A stretch of 13,348 nt of DNA, taken from assembly GCA_021163585.1 (NCBI GenBank), contig JAGGTW010000018.1:1-13348 (forward strand). Direction: 5' to 3'. Made by a program: the position numbers and the translations under genes. Positions 7,296 to 13,348 of the stretch are shown here, one piece after another. Under the pieces are notes generated by a model. That model saw only the letters and a list, made by a program, of their open reading frames with translations, did no database searches and had not been told where the DNA came from. Position 1 is the first letter of the stretch. Every line of letters begins with the position of its first letter. Source of the DNA: Desulfurococcales archaeon (GTDB taxonomy: Archaea > Thermoproteota > Thermoprotei_A > Sulfolobales > NBVN01).

Positions 7296-8691
7296 TAACT
7301 CCTAGCCTCCTCAGCACTCTACTCCAACACATCACGTACCGCAGAGCACTGATCGCCTCCTCAGGTGTTTTAAATGTAGGTATCCTTACTTCCTGCTCTA
7401 TCCTCCTTAATTTGTCAGCAGTGTACTCACCGCCCGGTGCAGCAACTACGATAGGTTTATTGTACTTGCTAACACAGTTCTTTAGTACCTGAAGAACGCC
7501 AGCGGGATCGAAGGCCGGTGACTGCATTATTCCGATTACTAAGACCGCATCAACATTCCTATCGCTTAGTACTTCCTGAATAGCGACTTCATAACGCTCG
7601 GGTGGTGCATCACCTAATACATCTACTGGGTTCTCTACTGAGGCAGCTGATGGTAGCTTATCTCTTAATTTACTCTTGGTTTCTGCGCTTAATTCAGCCA
7701 GTATTAAGCCTGAGAGCTCGGTCGCATCAGTAGCTAGTACTCCCGCACCCCCGCCATTAGTTACTATGGCTATCCTCTCACCTTTAGGTACAGGTAGCCA
7801 TGATAGAGCCTTAGCGGCAACTATGAGTTCATTCAGCTCCTTAACAACTAATGCACCGAACTGCTTAAGGGCAGACTCGTAAACTTCATACCTGCCTGCT
7901 AATGAACCCGTATGAGAAGCAACAGCTCTGAGGCCTCTGCTTGATTTTCCTGCCTTAAGTATCACTACGGGCTTGCGCCTGACTACGGACTTCTTTATTG
8001 AGTGAAGGAATTTAATGCCTTCCTCAACGCCCTCTATATAAGCTATTATTACCTTAGTTTTATCGTCGTCCGCCAGATACTCTATTAATTCCCACTCCTT
8101 AATATCTGCTGCATTACCGTAGCTAATGAACTTACTCATACCTACCCCAGCTTCGGTCAGCCAGTCTAGAATTGCAGCGCCTAATGCACCCGACTGAGAT
8201 ATGAATGCAACATTGCCTGGCCCCGGCTTTGCCTGCCTGTCATTAGGATTGAATATCGTGTCTAGTCCAGTATGGGCATCATAAACTCCCAAGCAGTTAG
8301 GACCTAAAACTCTCACACCATACCTGCGAGCAATAGTGACTAACTCTTCCTCCAGCTTGGCACCTTCCTCACCTGTCTCCTTAAACCCAGCACTAATTAC
8401 AATGGCTGCCGACACATGTTTTTCACCACACTCCCTCGCAATACCCAGTGTGAACCTAGCTGGCACTGCAATGACGGCCAAGTCGATCCTTTCCTTAATT
8501 TCAAGTACCGACTTGAAGCACTTAATGCCGAATACCTTATCATACTTTATATTGACAGGGTAGATATCCCCCCTGAACCGTGTGAGAAGATTCTGCATTA
8601 TTGCCCTACCAACAGTGCCGGGCTTTTCTGAGGCACCGATGACAGCTACTGACGACGGATTAAAGAGCATCTCTAGCTTACTATCCCACAT
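7279..8691 (-). CDS. acdA: ADP-forming acetyl/acyl-CoA synthetase alpha subunit (CoA-binding + succinyl-CoA-synthetase-like flavodoxin domains)
   Basis: The N-terminus 'LFNPSSVAVIGASEKPG' is typical of NDP-forming acyl-CoA synthetase alpha subunits. The motif 'ASHTGSLAG' places the presumptive phosphohistidine at residue 260 (codon 7912-7914). The 470-aa size matches stand-alone alpha subunits. No ATP-grasp (beta) domain is fused or adjacent. The start could instead be Met8 (8670). Confidence 0.87.
   Translation of the reverse strand: MWDSKLEMLFNPSSVAVIGASEKPGTVGRAIMQNLLTRFRGDIYPVNIKYDKVFGIKCFKSVLEIKERIDLAVIAVPARFTLGIARECGEKHVSAAIVISAGFKETGEEGAKLEEELVTIARRYGVRVLGPNCLGVYDAHTGLDTIFNPNDRQAKPGPGNVAFISQSGALGAAILDWLTEAGVGMSKFISYGNAADIKEWELIEYLADDDKTKVIIAYIEGVEEGIKFLHSIKKSVVRRKPVVILKAGKSSRGLRAVASHTGSLAGRYEVYESALKQFGALVVKELNELIVAAKALSWLPVPKGERIAIVTNGGGAGVLATDATELSGLILAELSAETKSKLRDKLPSAASVENPVDVLGDAPPERYEVAIQEVLSDRNVDAVLVIGIMQSPAFDPAGVLQVLKNCVSKYNKPIVVAAPGGEYTADKLRRIEQEVRIPTFKTPEEAISALRYVMCWSRVLRRLGVSANKS
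7301..7313 (-). promoter_or_regulatory. Shine-Dalgarno-like site for the PHP gene inside the acdA 3' end
   Basis: The minus-sense sequence GAGGAGGCTAGGAGTTAG lies immediately upstream of GTG 7295. Confidence 0.4.
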
Positions 8692-8811
8692 GCTACCACC
8701 GCTACGATATTATAAGATCGCCTCATAATTTAACTTAACGCAGTTCAGGTCGCCTACGTGCTGTCCTTATAAAGTAATTAGCTCAGTCAACAATGTCCTA
8801 CTGGGGCATTG

Positions 8812-9393
8812 ATGTCTTTAAGTATACACGTAATTGGGCTCAACAATACAAATAGTCAGGTTTTAGAGGAAATTGCTGTACTGGTGTCGGAAGCATTCAA
8901 TGCTGATGTTAGGGTATTGAGCGATGACAATGTACCCAGTGAGTTCATAGATACCTTCAGGAATCAATACAGAGCTGAAGAAGTCCTTAACTGGGTTTAT
9001 GGTAAGTGGGGCGGTGAGAAGGTAGTTTTAGCAATTATTGAAGGTGACGGATATGTAGAGGGTCTTAACTTCGTATTCGGTGTTGCTAGCCCGCAACTTA
9101 ATGTAGCATTAGTTTTTACGTATAGACTGAAGTTATGGATTAGGAATAAGGATATCTCAAGACGCGTATTTATTGAGCGTTTAAGAAAAGAAGTCATGCA
9201 TGAAATCGGTCATGTACTCGGCTTAGGACACTGCTCTAACCCTTCCTGCGTAATGTTCTTTAGCAACACTATATTCGATACTGATAGAAAGACTTGGAAG
9301 TACTGCAGTAATTGCGCTAAAAAGCTGAAGTCCTTAGGTGTTGTGTTAAGACATGAGTACATTTTCGACAGGTCAGCTAATAGGACCTATTAA
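8812..9393 (+). CDS. amzA: Archaemetzincin (zinc metalloprotease, AmzA family)
   Basis: The extended metzincin signature 'HEIGHVLGLGHCSNPSCVM' (nt 9199-9255) is followed 16 residues later by 'CSNC' (9304-9315). This matches the archaemetzincin HExxHxxGxxxCx4CxM...CxxC pattern. ATG 8812 is preferred over the TTG at 8809 used by the track. A TATA-like TTATAAAG lies at 8767-8774. Confidence 0.9.
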   Translation: MSLSIHVIGLNNTNSQVLEEIAVLVSEAFNADVRVLSDDNVPSEFIDTFRNQYRAEEVLNWVYGKWGGEKVVLAIIEGDGYVEGLNFVFGVASPQLNVALVFTYRLKLWIRNKDISRRVFIERLRKEVMHEIGHVLGLGHCSNPSCVMFFSNTIFDTDRKTWKYCSNCAKKLKSLGVVLRHEYIFDRSANRTY

Positions 9394-10650
9394 TTCTACC
9401 TCCACCTCAACACCTTCATCAAAACCCTCCGTATCCTCAGGTATAATTAGTAACGCATTTCCTTTAATTAGTGATGAAATGATCCCTGAGCCCGTAAGTC
9501 TTAAGGGCTCAGCATATAGTCTTCCATCACTACCTCGGTAAACTCTCACACGATAAAAGGACCTATATCCAACAACGTTAACGACCCTTCTAGTTAAAGT
9601 AGCTCTCACCCTTACCTTAGGTGGGGGACGAGTTCCCAGCAAGTGATAGATCAGTGGCTTAAGAATAGCCTCAAGACCTACATAGCAGGCAACCGGAAGT
9701 CCGGACAGCATTAAAACAGGCTTACCGTTGATAATAAAGGCTCCTGCTGTCCTACCAGGCCTCAAATTTACTCCATGAAAAACCAACTCAGCACCCTCTA
9801 TTGAGAACAGCGCCTCAGGGACGACATCCCTACCACCCACGGACGAACCTCCAGTAATAACGACTACATCAGCCTCCTTTAACCCCTTCTCAACAACTTC
9901 CCTAATTTCCCGTACATTATCCCTAACAATGCCTAACCTCACTGCCTCACAGCCAATGAGTTTTACGTAGGCCTCTATGAGCGGCCCTGCAGAATTAATG
10001 ATACCCGGCTTGTTGCTACCTACTTCAGTGAGTTCATCACCTGTGTTAATTACAGCTACACGCACAGGCTGGTAGACCTTAACGTAACCTATGCCTGCCT
10101 GGGCCAGGGCCGCTACGTGCCATGGCATGATAATAGTTCCTCTGCACAGAATCGTATCACCGCGCCTGAAGTCCTCGCCTTTTCTTGATATGTTAGCGAG
10201 AGGAGGAACCTGCTTAAGTATTAAGACATTTCTGCCCTGCGTAACGGTATCCTCTAAGGGAACTACAGCATCGGCACCAACAGGTATGGGGGCTCCTGTA
10301 AAGACTAGGTATGTCTCACCCTCCTCTAGAGTAGGTGGACTCCATGCCATTGAACCATAGTCCTTAATTACTGATGTGTCAATAGTTCCAACACACTTGA
10401 GAAGTGCCGGATTAGTAGGTGAAGCACTGAAGGTATCAGAAGATCTTACAGCATAGCCGTCTACTGCCGCCCTATCGAAGGGTGGGTACTCTCGAGGTGC
10501 GTATATGTCCTCAGCAGCGACCCTACCTACAGCCTCAGCTATGCGTACTCGCTTAATATTCAGGCTTACTTTCACACTGCTTAACAGCCTATTAAGTACT
10601 GCATCAATATTCTCAATTTTTAAAAAACCTTTTAGCCTCTTACGAGCCAT
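9373..10650 (-). CDS. moeA: Molybdopterin molybdenum/tungsten-transferase MoeA
   Basis: MoeA signatures are present: 'FDRAAVDGYAV', 'VVITGGSSVGGRDV', and the C-terminal beta-barrel domain. The track ORF starts at TTG 10665. ATG 10650 (MARKRLKGF...) is preferred because SD-like GAGGAGAGG (complement of 10654-10663) lies between the surE stop (10667-10669) and this ATG. Confidence 0.9.
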   Translation of the reverse strand: MARKRLKGFLKIENIDAVLNRLLSSVKVSLNIKRVRIAEAVGRVAAEDIYAPREYPPFDRAAVDGYAVRSSDTFSASPTNPALLKCVGTIDTSVIKDYGSMAWSPPTLEEGETYLVFTGAPIPVGADAVVPLEDTVTQGRNVLILKQVPPLANISRKGEDFRRGDTILCRGTIIMPWHVAALAQAGIGYVKVYQPVRVAVINTGDELTEVGSNKPGIINSAGPLIEAYVKLIGCEAVRLGIVRDNVREIREVVEKGLKEADVVVITGGSSVGGRDVVPEALFSIEGAELVFHGVNLRPGRTAGAFIINGKPVLMLSGLPVACYVGLEAILKPLIYHLLGTRPPPKVRVRATLTRRVVNVVGYRSFYRVRVYRGSDGRLYAEPLRLTGSGIISSLIKGNALLIIPEDTEGFDEGVEVEVELIGPIS

Positions 10651-10653
10651 GCA

Positions 10654-10663
10654 ACCTCTCCTC
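10654..10663 (-). promoter_or_regulatory. Shine-Dalgarno-like site for moeA
   Basis: Minus-sense GAGGAGAGGT lies in the 16-nt gap between the surE stop and ATG 10650. Confidence 0.45.
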
Positions 10664-10666
10664 AAA

Positions 10667-11491
10667 TTACACTATATTGCGTGATAGGTTAGTAAGTACC
10701 TTATCGAGGTGGTTTATGAAGTCATGTATTTCGCCTGGTAGTTCGAGGCAGCCGCTCAAGCCTGGATGTGTTAAGTCTGAGCGCAGAGGTGTAACGACTA
10801 CGTACCCCTGGCTGAGATAGTGCGAGTCAGTCTCAGGCTCAGTGACTCTCTCACCTACTAGCCAGTAGTACTCTCTACCTCGTGGGTCTACTCTTTTTTC
10901 ATATTTCTGAATAAACCTCAGCTTCTGCGCTCTTGCCATGATAGCTCCTCTCACTCTGTACATGGACGGTATGTTGATTGAGATACAGTCAATACCCTTA
11001 AACCACCCGTGCTCTAAGATGTAGGCTGATGCGGCAATGACTACCTTCCTTACTAGTGCAGCATACCTAGGGTCCTCGAAAGCCTCATCACTCCCTACGT
11101 CGGCTGAGAATGAAAGGGATGGATAGCCGAATAGCCCAGCTTCAATAGCTGCTTCGACAGTTCCTGAATAGAGAATGTTCTGCATTGACGTGTTTTCACC
11201 TATGTTGACCCCTGAGACAACTAGGTCAGGGTCGAGCCCTAATACGCTCCTTGCCACATGTATGGCATCTACAGGCGTTCCATTAATAACGTAGGTGGTC
11301 ATACCGTATATTTGAAGCTCCCTTACGAAAATGGGTTTGTGAAGCGTCACCGAATGTCCCCCACCTGACTTTGGCACTTCCGGAACCACTGCTGTAACGT
11401 CCCCAACATCTTGGAGGGCACTATACGTGAGCGGGAGGCCCTTACTCATGAACCCGTCGTCATTAACCAGTAAGATCTTATGCCTACCCAT
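10667..11491 (-). CDS. surE: 5'/3'-nucleotidase SurE
   Basis: SurE signatures are present: 'ILLVNDDG' at the N-terminus and 'PDLVVSGVNIGEN'. ATG 11491 is preferred over GTG 11497. A TATA-like TTTAAAG (complement of 11514-11520) is centred ~26 nt upstream of this ATG, consistent with a leaderless transcript. Confidence 0.9.
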   Translation of the reverse strand: MGRHKILLVNDDGFMSKGLPLTYSALQDVGDVTAVVPEVPKSGGGHSVTLHKPIFVRELQIYGMTTYVINGTPVDAIHVARSVLGLDPDLVVSGVNIGENTSMQNILYSGTVEAAIEAGLFGYPSLSFSADVGSDEAFEDPRYAALVRKVVIAASAYILEHGWFKGIDCISINIPSMYRVRGAIMARAQKLRFIQKYEKRVDPRGREYYWLVGERVTEPETDSHYLSQGYVVVTPLRSDLTHPGLSGCLELPGEIHDFINHLDKVLTNLSRNIV

Positions 11492-11513
11492 ATACACCAG
11501 CTCCGTTCAATAT

Positions 11514-11520
11514 CTTTAAA
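11514..11520 (-). promoter_or_regulatory. TATA-like box of surE-moeA transcription unit
   Basis: Minus-sense TTTAAAG is centred ~26 nt upstream of ATG 11491. This is the spacing expected between an archaeal TATA box and the TSS of a leaderless mRNA. Confidence 0.4.
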
Positions 11521-11546
11521 CTCACTAGATCAGGGTGTTTAAATCT

Positions 11547-11551
11547 AAAAA
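11547..11551 (-). terminator. Oligo-T tract downstream of moaB (candidate archaeal intrinsic terminator)
   Basis: A T5 run on the minus strand (plus-strand AAAAA at 11547-11551) lies ~30 nt after the moaB TAG stop (11581-11583) and upstream of the surE TATA element. Confidence 0.3.
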
Positions 11552-11580
11552 GCAGAGCTTAATGATGACGTTCCCCGTCA

Positions 11581-12087
11581 CTACTTTCTGACCTCGTAAA
11601 TCAGGTGGCTTACTTCAGGAAGAATCAACTCATTCAAAGCCATTTCAACAGCATCCACGGAGCCTGGTGTGACAAACACTAATGTCCGGTCATGGACGCA
11701 TGCCATAGCTCTAGTAGCTAATGCAGCAGTACCGTACCTCTTAAATATTAAATATCTAAACAGCTCACCAAAGCCTGGAATATCCTTGGAACACAGACCT
11801 TTTACAGCATCAATACTGACGTCCCTACTACTTAGGCCTGTCCCCCCCGACACTATTACTACGTCGCACATACTCAGAAAAGAGCTCAGTGCCTCACGTA
11901 TTTTGAGCTTGTTGTTGGGTACTACCGTAGCTCTTACGAACTCGTGTCCTTTACTTAAAATCAGCTTCTTAACCAGTGGAGTAACCTCGTCCCTTCTCCT
12001 ACCTTCTACCACGCTATCGCTGGTCACTATTAAACAGAACTTAACCTTAATCTTAGAGGCTCTAGCCCGGTGCTCACTAATAGGCAA
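11581..12087 (-). CDS. moaB: Molybdenum cofactor biosynthesis protein MoaB/MogA family (MPT adenylyltransferase in archaea)
   Basis: The MogA/MoaB fold signature 'VIVSGGTGLSSRDVS' is present together with 'PGSVDAV'. The protein is 168 aa. The start is TTG 12087, supported by a 9-nt match to the anti-16S sequence (AGGTGATCC, complement of 12093-12101) ending 5 nt upstream. Confidence 0.87.
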   Translation of the reverse strand: MPISEHRARASKIKVKFCLIVTSDSVVEGRRRDEVTPLVKKLILSKGHEFVRATVVPNNKLKIREALSSFLSMCDVVIVSGGTGLSSRDVSIDAVKGLCSKDIPGFGELFRYLIFKRYGTAALATRAMACVHDRTLVFVTPGSVDAVEMALNELILPEVSHLIYEVRK

Positions 12088-12092
12088 TTACT

Positions 12093-12105
12093 GGATCACC
12101 TCTCC
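12093..12105 (-). promoter_or_regulatory. Shine-Dalgarno site for moaB (translational coupling to DUF59 gene)
   Basis: The minus-sense sequence GGAGAGGTGATCC includes AGGTGATCC, a 9-nt complement to the conserved 3' end of 16S rRNA (GGAUCACCU). It overlaps the DUF59 stop codon and ends 5 nt before TTG 12087. Confidence 0.55.
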
Positions 12106-12461
12106 TGCTTCCGATACTCATCTACGATATCGTACCCATATATCTTCTTGAATAACTTCCGGCCTTCCTCAGTCATTTTCGTGGGGTCCCATGGTGGGTC
12201 AAATACCAGGTCTACCTTAACGTCCTTTACCCCTTCTATCTTAGAAACCGCATCAGTGACCTGTTGAACAATCACGTAGGCTATTGGACACATAGGTGAG
12301 GTAAGAGTCATCCTAATATGTACAACACCATTAGATATTGCGACATCATAGATCAGACCTAGATCCCAGATATTGATGGGTATTTCAGGGTCATACACAT
12401 TTCTTAGAACCTGAATTACTTTCCCCCTCAGCCCTTCAACCTCAGCACCTTCAGCTGACAT
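12096..12461 (-). CDS. DUF59 / MIP18-family (SufT/PaaD-like) Fe-S cluster assembly protein
   Basis: A 121-aa protein with 'VYDPEIPINIWDLGLIY' and the conserved 'TLTSPMCP' cysteine motif typical of PF01883-type proteins. Its TGA stop lies 8 nt upstream of the moaB start. Confidence 0.85.
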   Translation of the reverse strand: MSAEGAEVEGLRGKVIQVLRNVYDPEIPINIWDLGLIYDVAISNGVVHIRMTLTSPMCPIAYVIVQQVTDAVSKIEGVKDVKVDLVFDPPWDPTKMTEEGRKLFKKIYGYDIVDEYRKQER

Positions 12462-12538
12462 GTAGCTCCCACCTAAGGTATTTAATTGATATTAAGGTAT
12501 TTATGCATGCGTACTGACAGTATTGAAGCAGACGTATC
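12462..12538 (-). promoter_or_regulatory. Promoter/operator region of the DUF59-moaB operon with duplicated TATA-containing element
   Basis: A perfect 11-bp direct repeat (plus-strand taaggtattta at 12474-12484 and 12493-12503; minus-sense TAAATACCTTA) contains TATA-like AAATA. There are also the palindromes ATGCAT/GCATGC (12503-12510) and TACTGnCAGTA (12512-12522), and SD-like GGTGGGAG (complement of 12466-12473) 4 nt before the ATG. Confidence 0.45.
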
Positions 12539-13348
12539 TTACGCTTCCTCCTCTCTGCCACCAGCGACCTCGGACCCTGATAATTCAGCAATTAGTGACT
12601 TAACGCTTAATCCTAGGAGGGCTATAAATATCGCAAATACCACATACCCACCTAAGACATATATCGCCCTAGAGATGATGCTCATTGCAGCGGCTTCGTC
12701 AAGGCTAACGCCTAGATGTGCTAGAATACCTGTTTGGATGAATTCATATATCCCTAATTGCCCTGGAGTCACGATCGGGAAAAGCCAGAGGATAGCGTAT
12801 ATGGTGTCGAAGGTAAGTAAAGACACAGGCAGAGTGATCTGCGTACCTATTAGCAAAGCAGCGTATAAGCCGTAAAAACCATTGAGTAGTCTTTCAAGTA
12901 TAGTGAATAAGAACGCTATTAGTATGAAGGGAACGGCTCTCCTAATCCTAATCAGCTTCTCAACATATGCATAAGATAGCCCTTCAAAGTCGTAGCCAAA
13001 CCTACTTCCGTACTTAGTTAATATACCTTCTATTCTCTTGGATGCAGGAACTAAGCACAACGTTACATTCATAGCAAGGAGAACCATGGCTGGAATAAGC
13101 AGGCCAGCAAAAGCGGCAAGCGAAGCCTTAATAGCTATTAGTGATGCTACCGACACAACTATAATCCCCACTGATGTTAGGACCCTATGTATAAGCAATG
13201 AGGCTATAGCTTCCTCTCTAGATAAAACCTTCAATTTAATAGCTAACAACACCTTAACTACCTCTGTGACGCCGCCTATAGGTACTATCACCTCAAAGAA
13301 TAGTGCAATACCCGTGATCGATAATATCTTAACGTAATTAACCCTCCT
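12539..13348 (-). CDS. Polytopic membrane protein, UPF0104 / LPG-synthase-TM ('flippase-like') family, 5'-partial at window edge
   Basis: The frame stays open from GTG 13291 to the right window edge (RRVNYVKILSITGIALFFE upstream, no stop), so the gene probably starts outside the window. It has multiple hydrophobic segments and two copies of the family-typical P-x-G-G/Q-x-G/T-x-x-E motif ('VPIGGVTEV' and 'TPGQLGIYEF'). The family assignment is from memory of the motif and needs an HMM check. Confidence 0.7.
   Translation of the reverse strand, partial: RRVNYVKILSITGIALFFEVIVPIGGVTEVVKVLLAIKLKVLSREEAIASLLIHRVLTSVGIIVVSVASLIAIKASLAAFAGLLIPAMVLLAMNVTLCLVPASKRIEGILTKYGSRFGYDFEGLSYAYVEKLIRIRRAVPFILIAFLFTILERLLNGFYGLYAALLIGTQITLPVSLLTFDTIYAILWLFPIVTPGQLGIYEFIQTGILAHLGVSLDEAAAMSIISRAIYVLGGYVVFAIFIALLGLSVKSLIAELSGSEVAGGREEEA

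Noticed and set aside
8793-8858. ATG at 8793 opening a 21-codon ORF that overlaps the amzA start in another frame.
   Set aside because: The predicted TSS from the TTATAAAG box (~8797) lies downstream of this ATG. There is no motif support, and the amzA frame is clearly the coding one.
11669-12151. 160-aa plus-strand ORF covering almost all of moaB in antisense. The overlapping ORF at 12070-12267 is similar.
   Set aside because: The MoaB reading frame on the minus strand carries clear family motifs. The antisense product is Ser/Thr/Leu-rich with no recognisable domain, so it is a shadow ORF.
12486-12875. 129-aa plus-strand ORF starting in the DUF59 promoter region and running antisense into the membrane-protein gene. 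The ORF at 13038-13337 is similar.
   Set aside because: It is a shadow ORF of a hydrophobic membrane-protein gene, with no supporting motifs or ribosome-binding site.
1-13348. Search for CRISPR arrays, IS elements or transposases, integrases, tRNA/rRNA genes, long direct or inverted repeats, and defence-system hallmarks (nucleases paired with ATPases, TA pairs).
   Set aside because: None was seen. Every long ORF has a housekeeping-type assignment, the intergenic space is under 200 bp everywhere, and the only helicase has the full canonical Hel308 architecture without an associated nuclease gene.

Overview
This window looks like a densely packed (about 93% coding) archaeal core-chromosome segment. 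It is most consistent with a hyperthermophilic crenarchaeon: archaeal-type PheRS, Hel308, archaemetzincin, A/T-rich TATA-like promoters, GAGG/GGTG ribosome-binding motifs only before operon-internal genes, and mid-40s %GC. The taxon is an inference. I call 13 protein genes: pheS (5'-partial), pheT, a Hel308/Ski2-type helicase, hypC, a B12-binding-domain radical SAM enzyme of unknown function, a PHP-family phosphoesterase, an ADP-forming acyl-CoA synthetase alpha subunit, archaemetzincin, moeA, surE, moaB, a DUF59 Fe-S assembly protein, and a 5'-partial UPF0104/LPG-synthase-TM-like membrane protein. I found no tRNA or rRNA genes, CRISPR array, transposase, integrase or long repeats. I see no convincing defence or mobile island, so the window is mostly housekeeping. 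The points worth a second look are modest: (1) a lone hypC divergently paired with the class-B radical SAM gene; (2) a 60% GC island between them with a duplicated unit laid out like C/D' and C'/D boxes; (3) an acyl-CoA synthetase alpha gene translationally coupled to a PHP phosphoesterase rather than to a beta subunit; (4) late molybdenum/tungsten-cofactor genes interleaved with surE and DUF59; (5) a 77-bp promoter region with an 11-bp perfect direct repeat and palindromes. All functional links are inferences from gene order. All antisense ORFs in the track look spurious.
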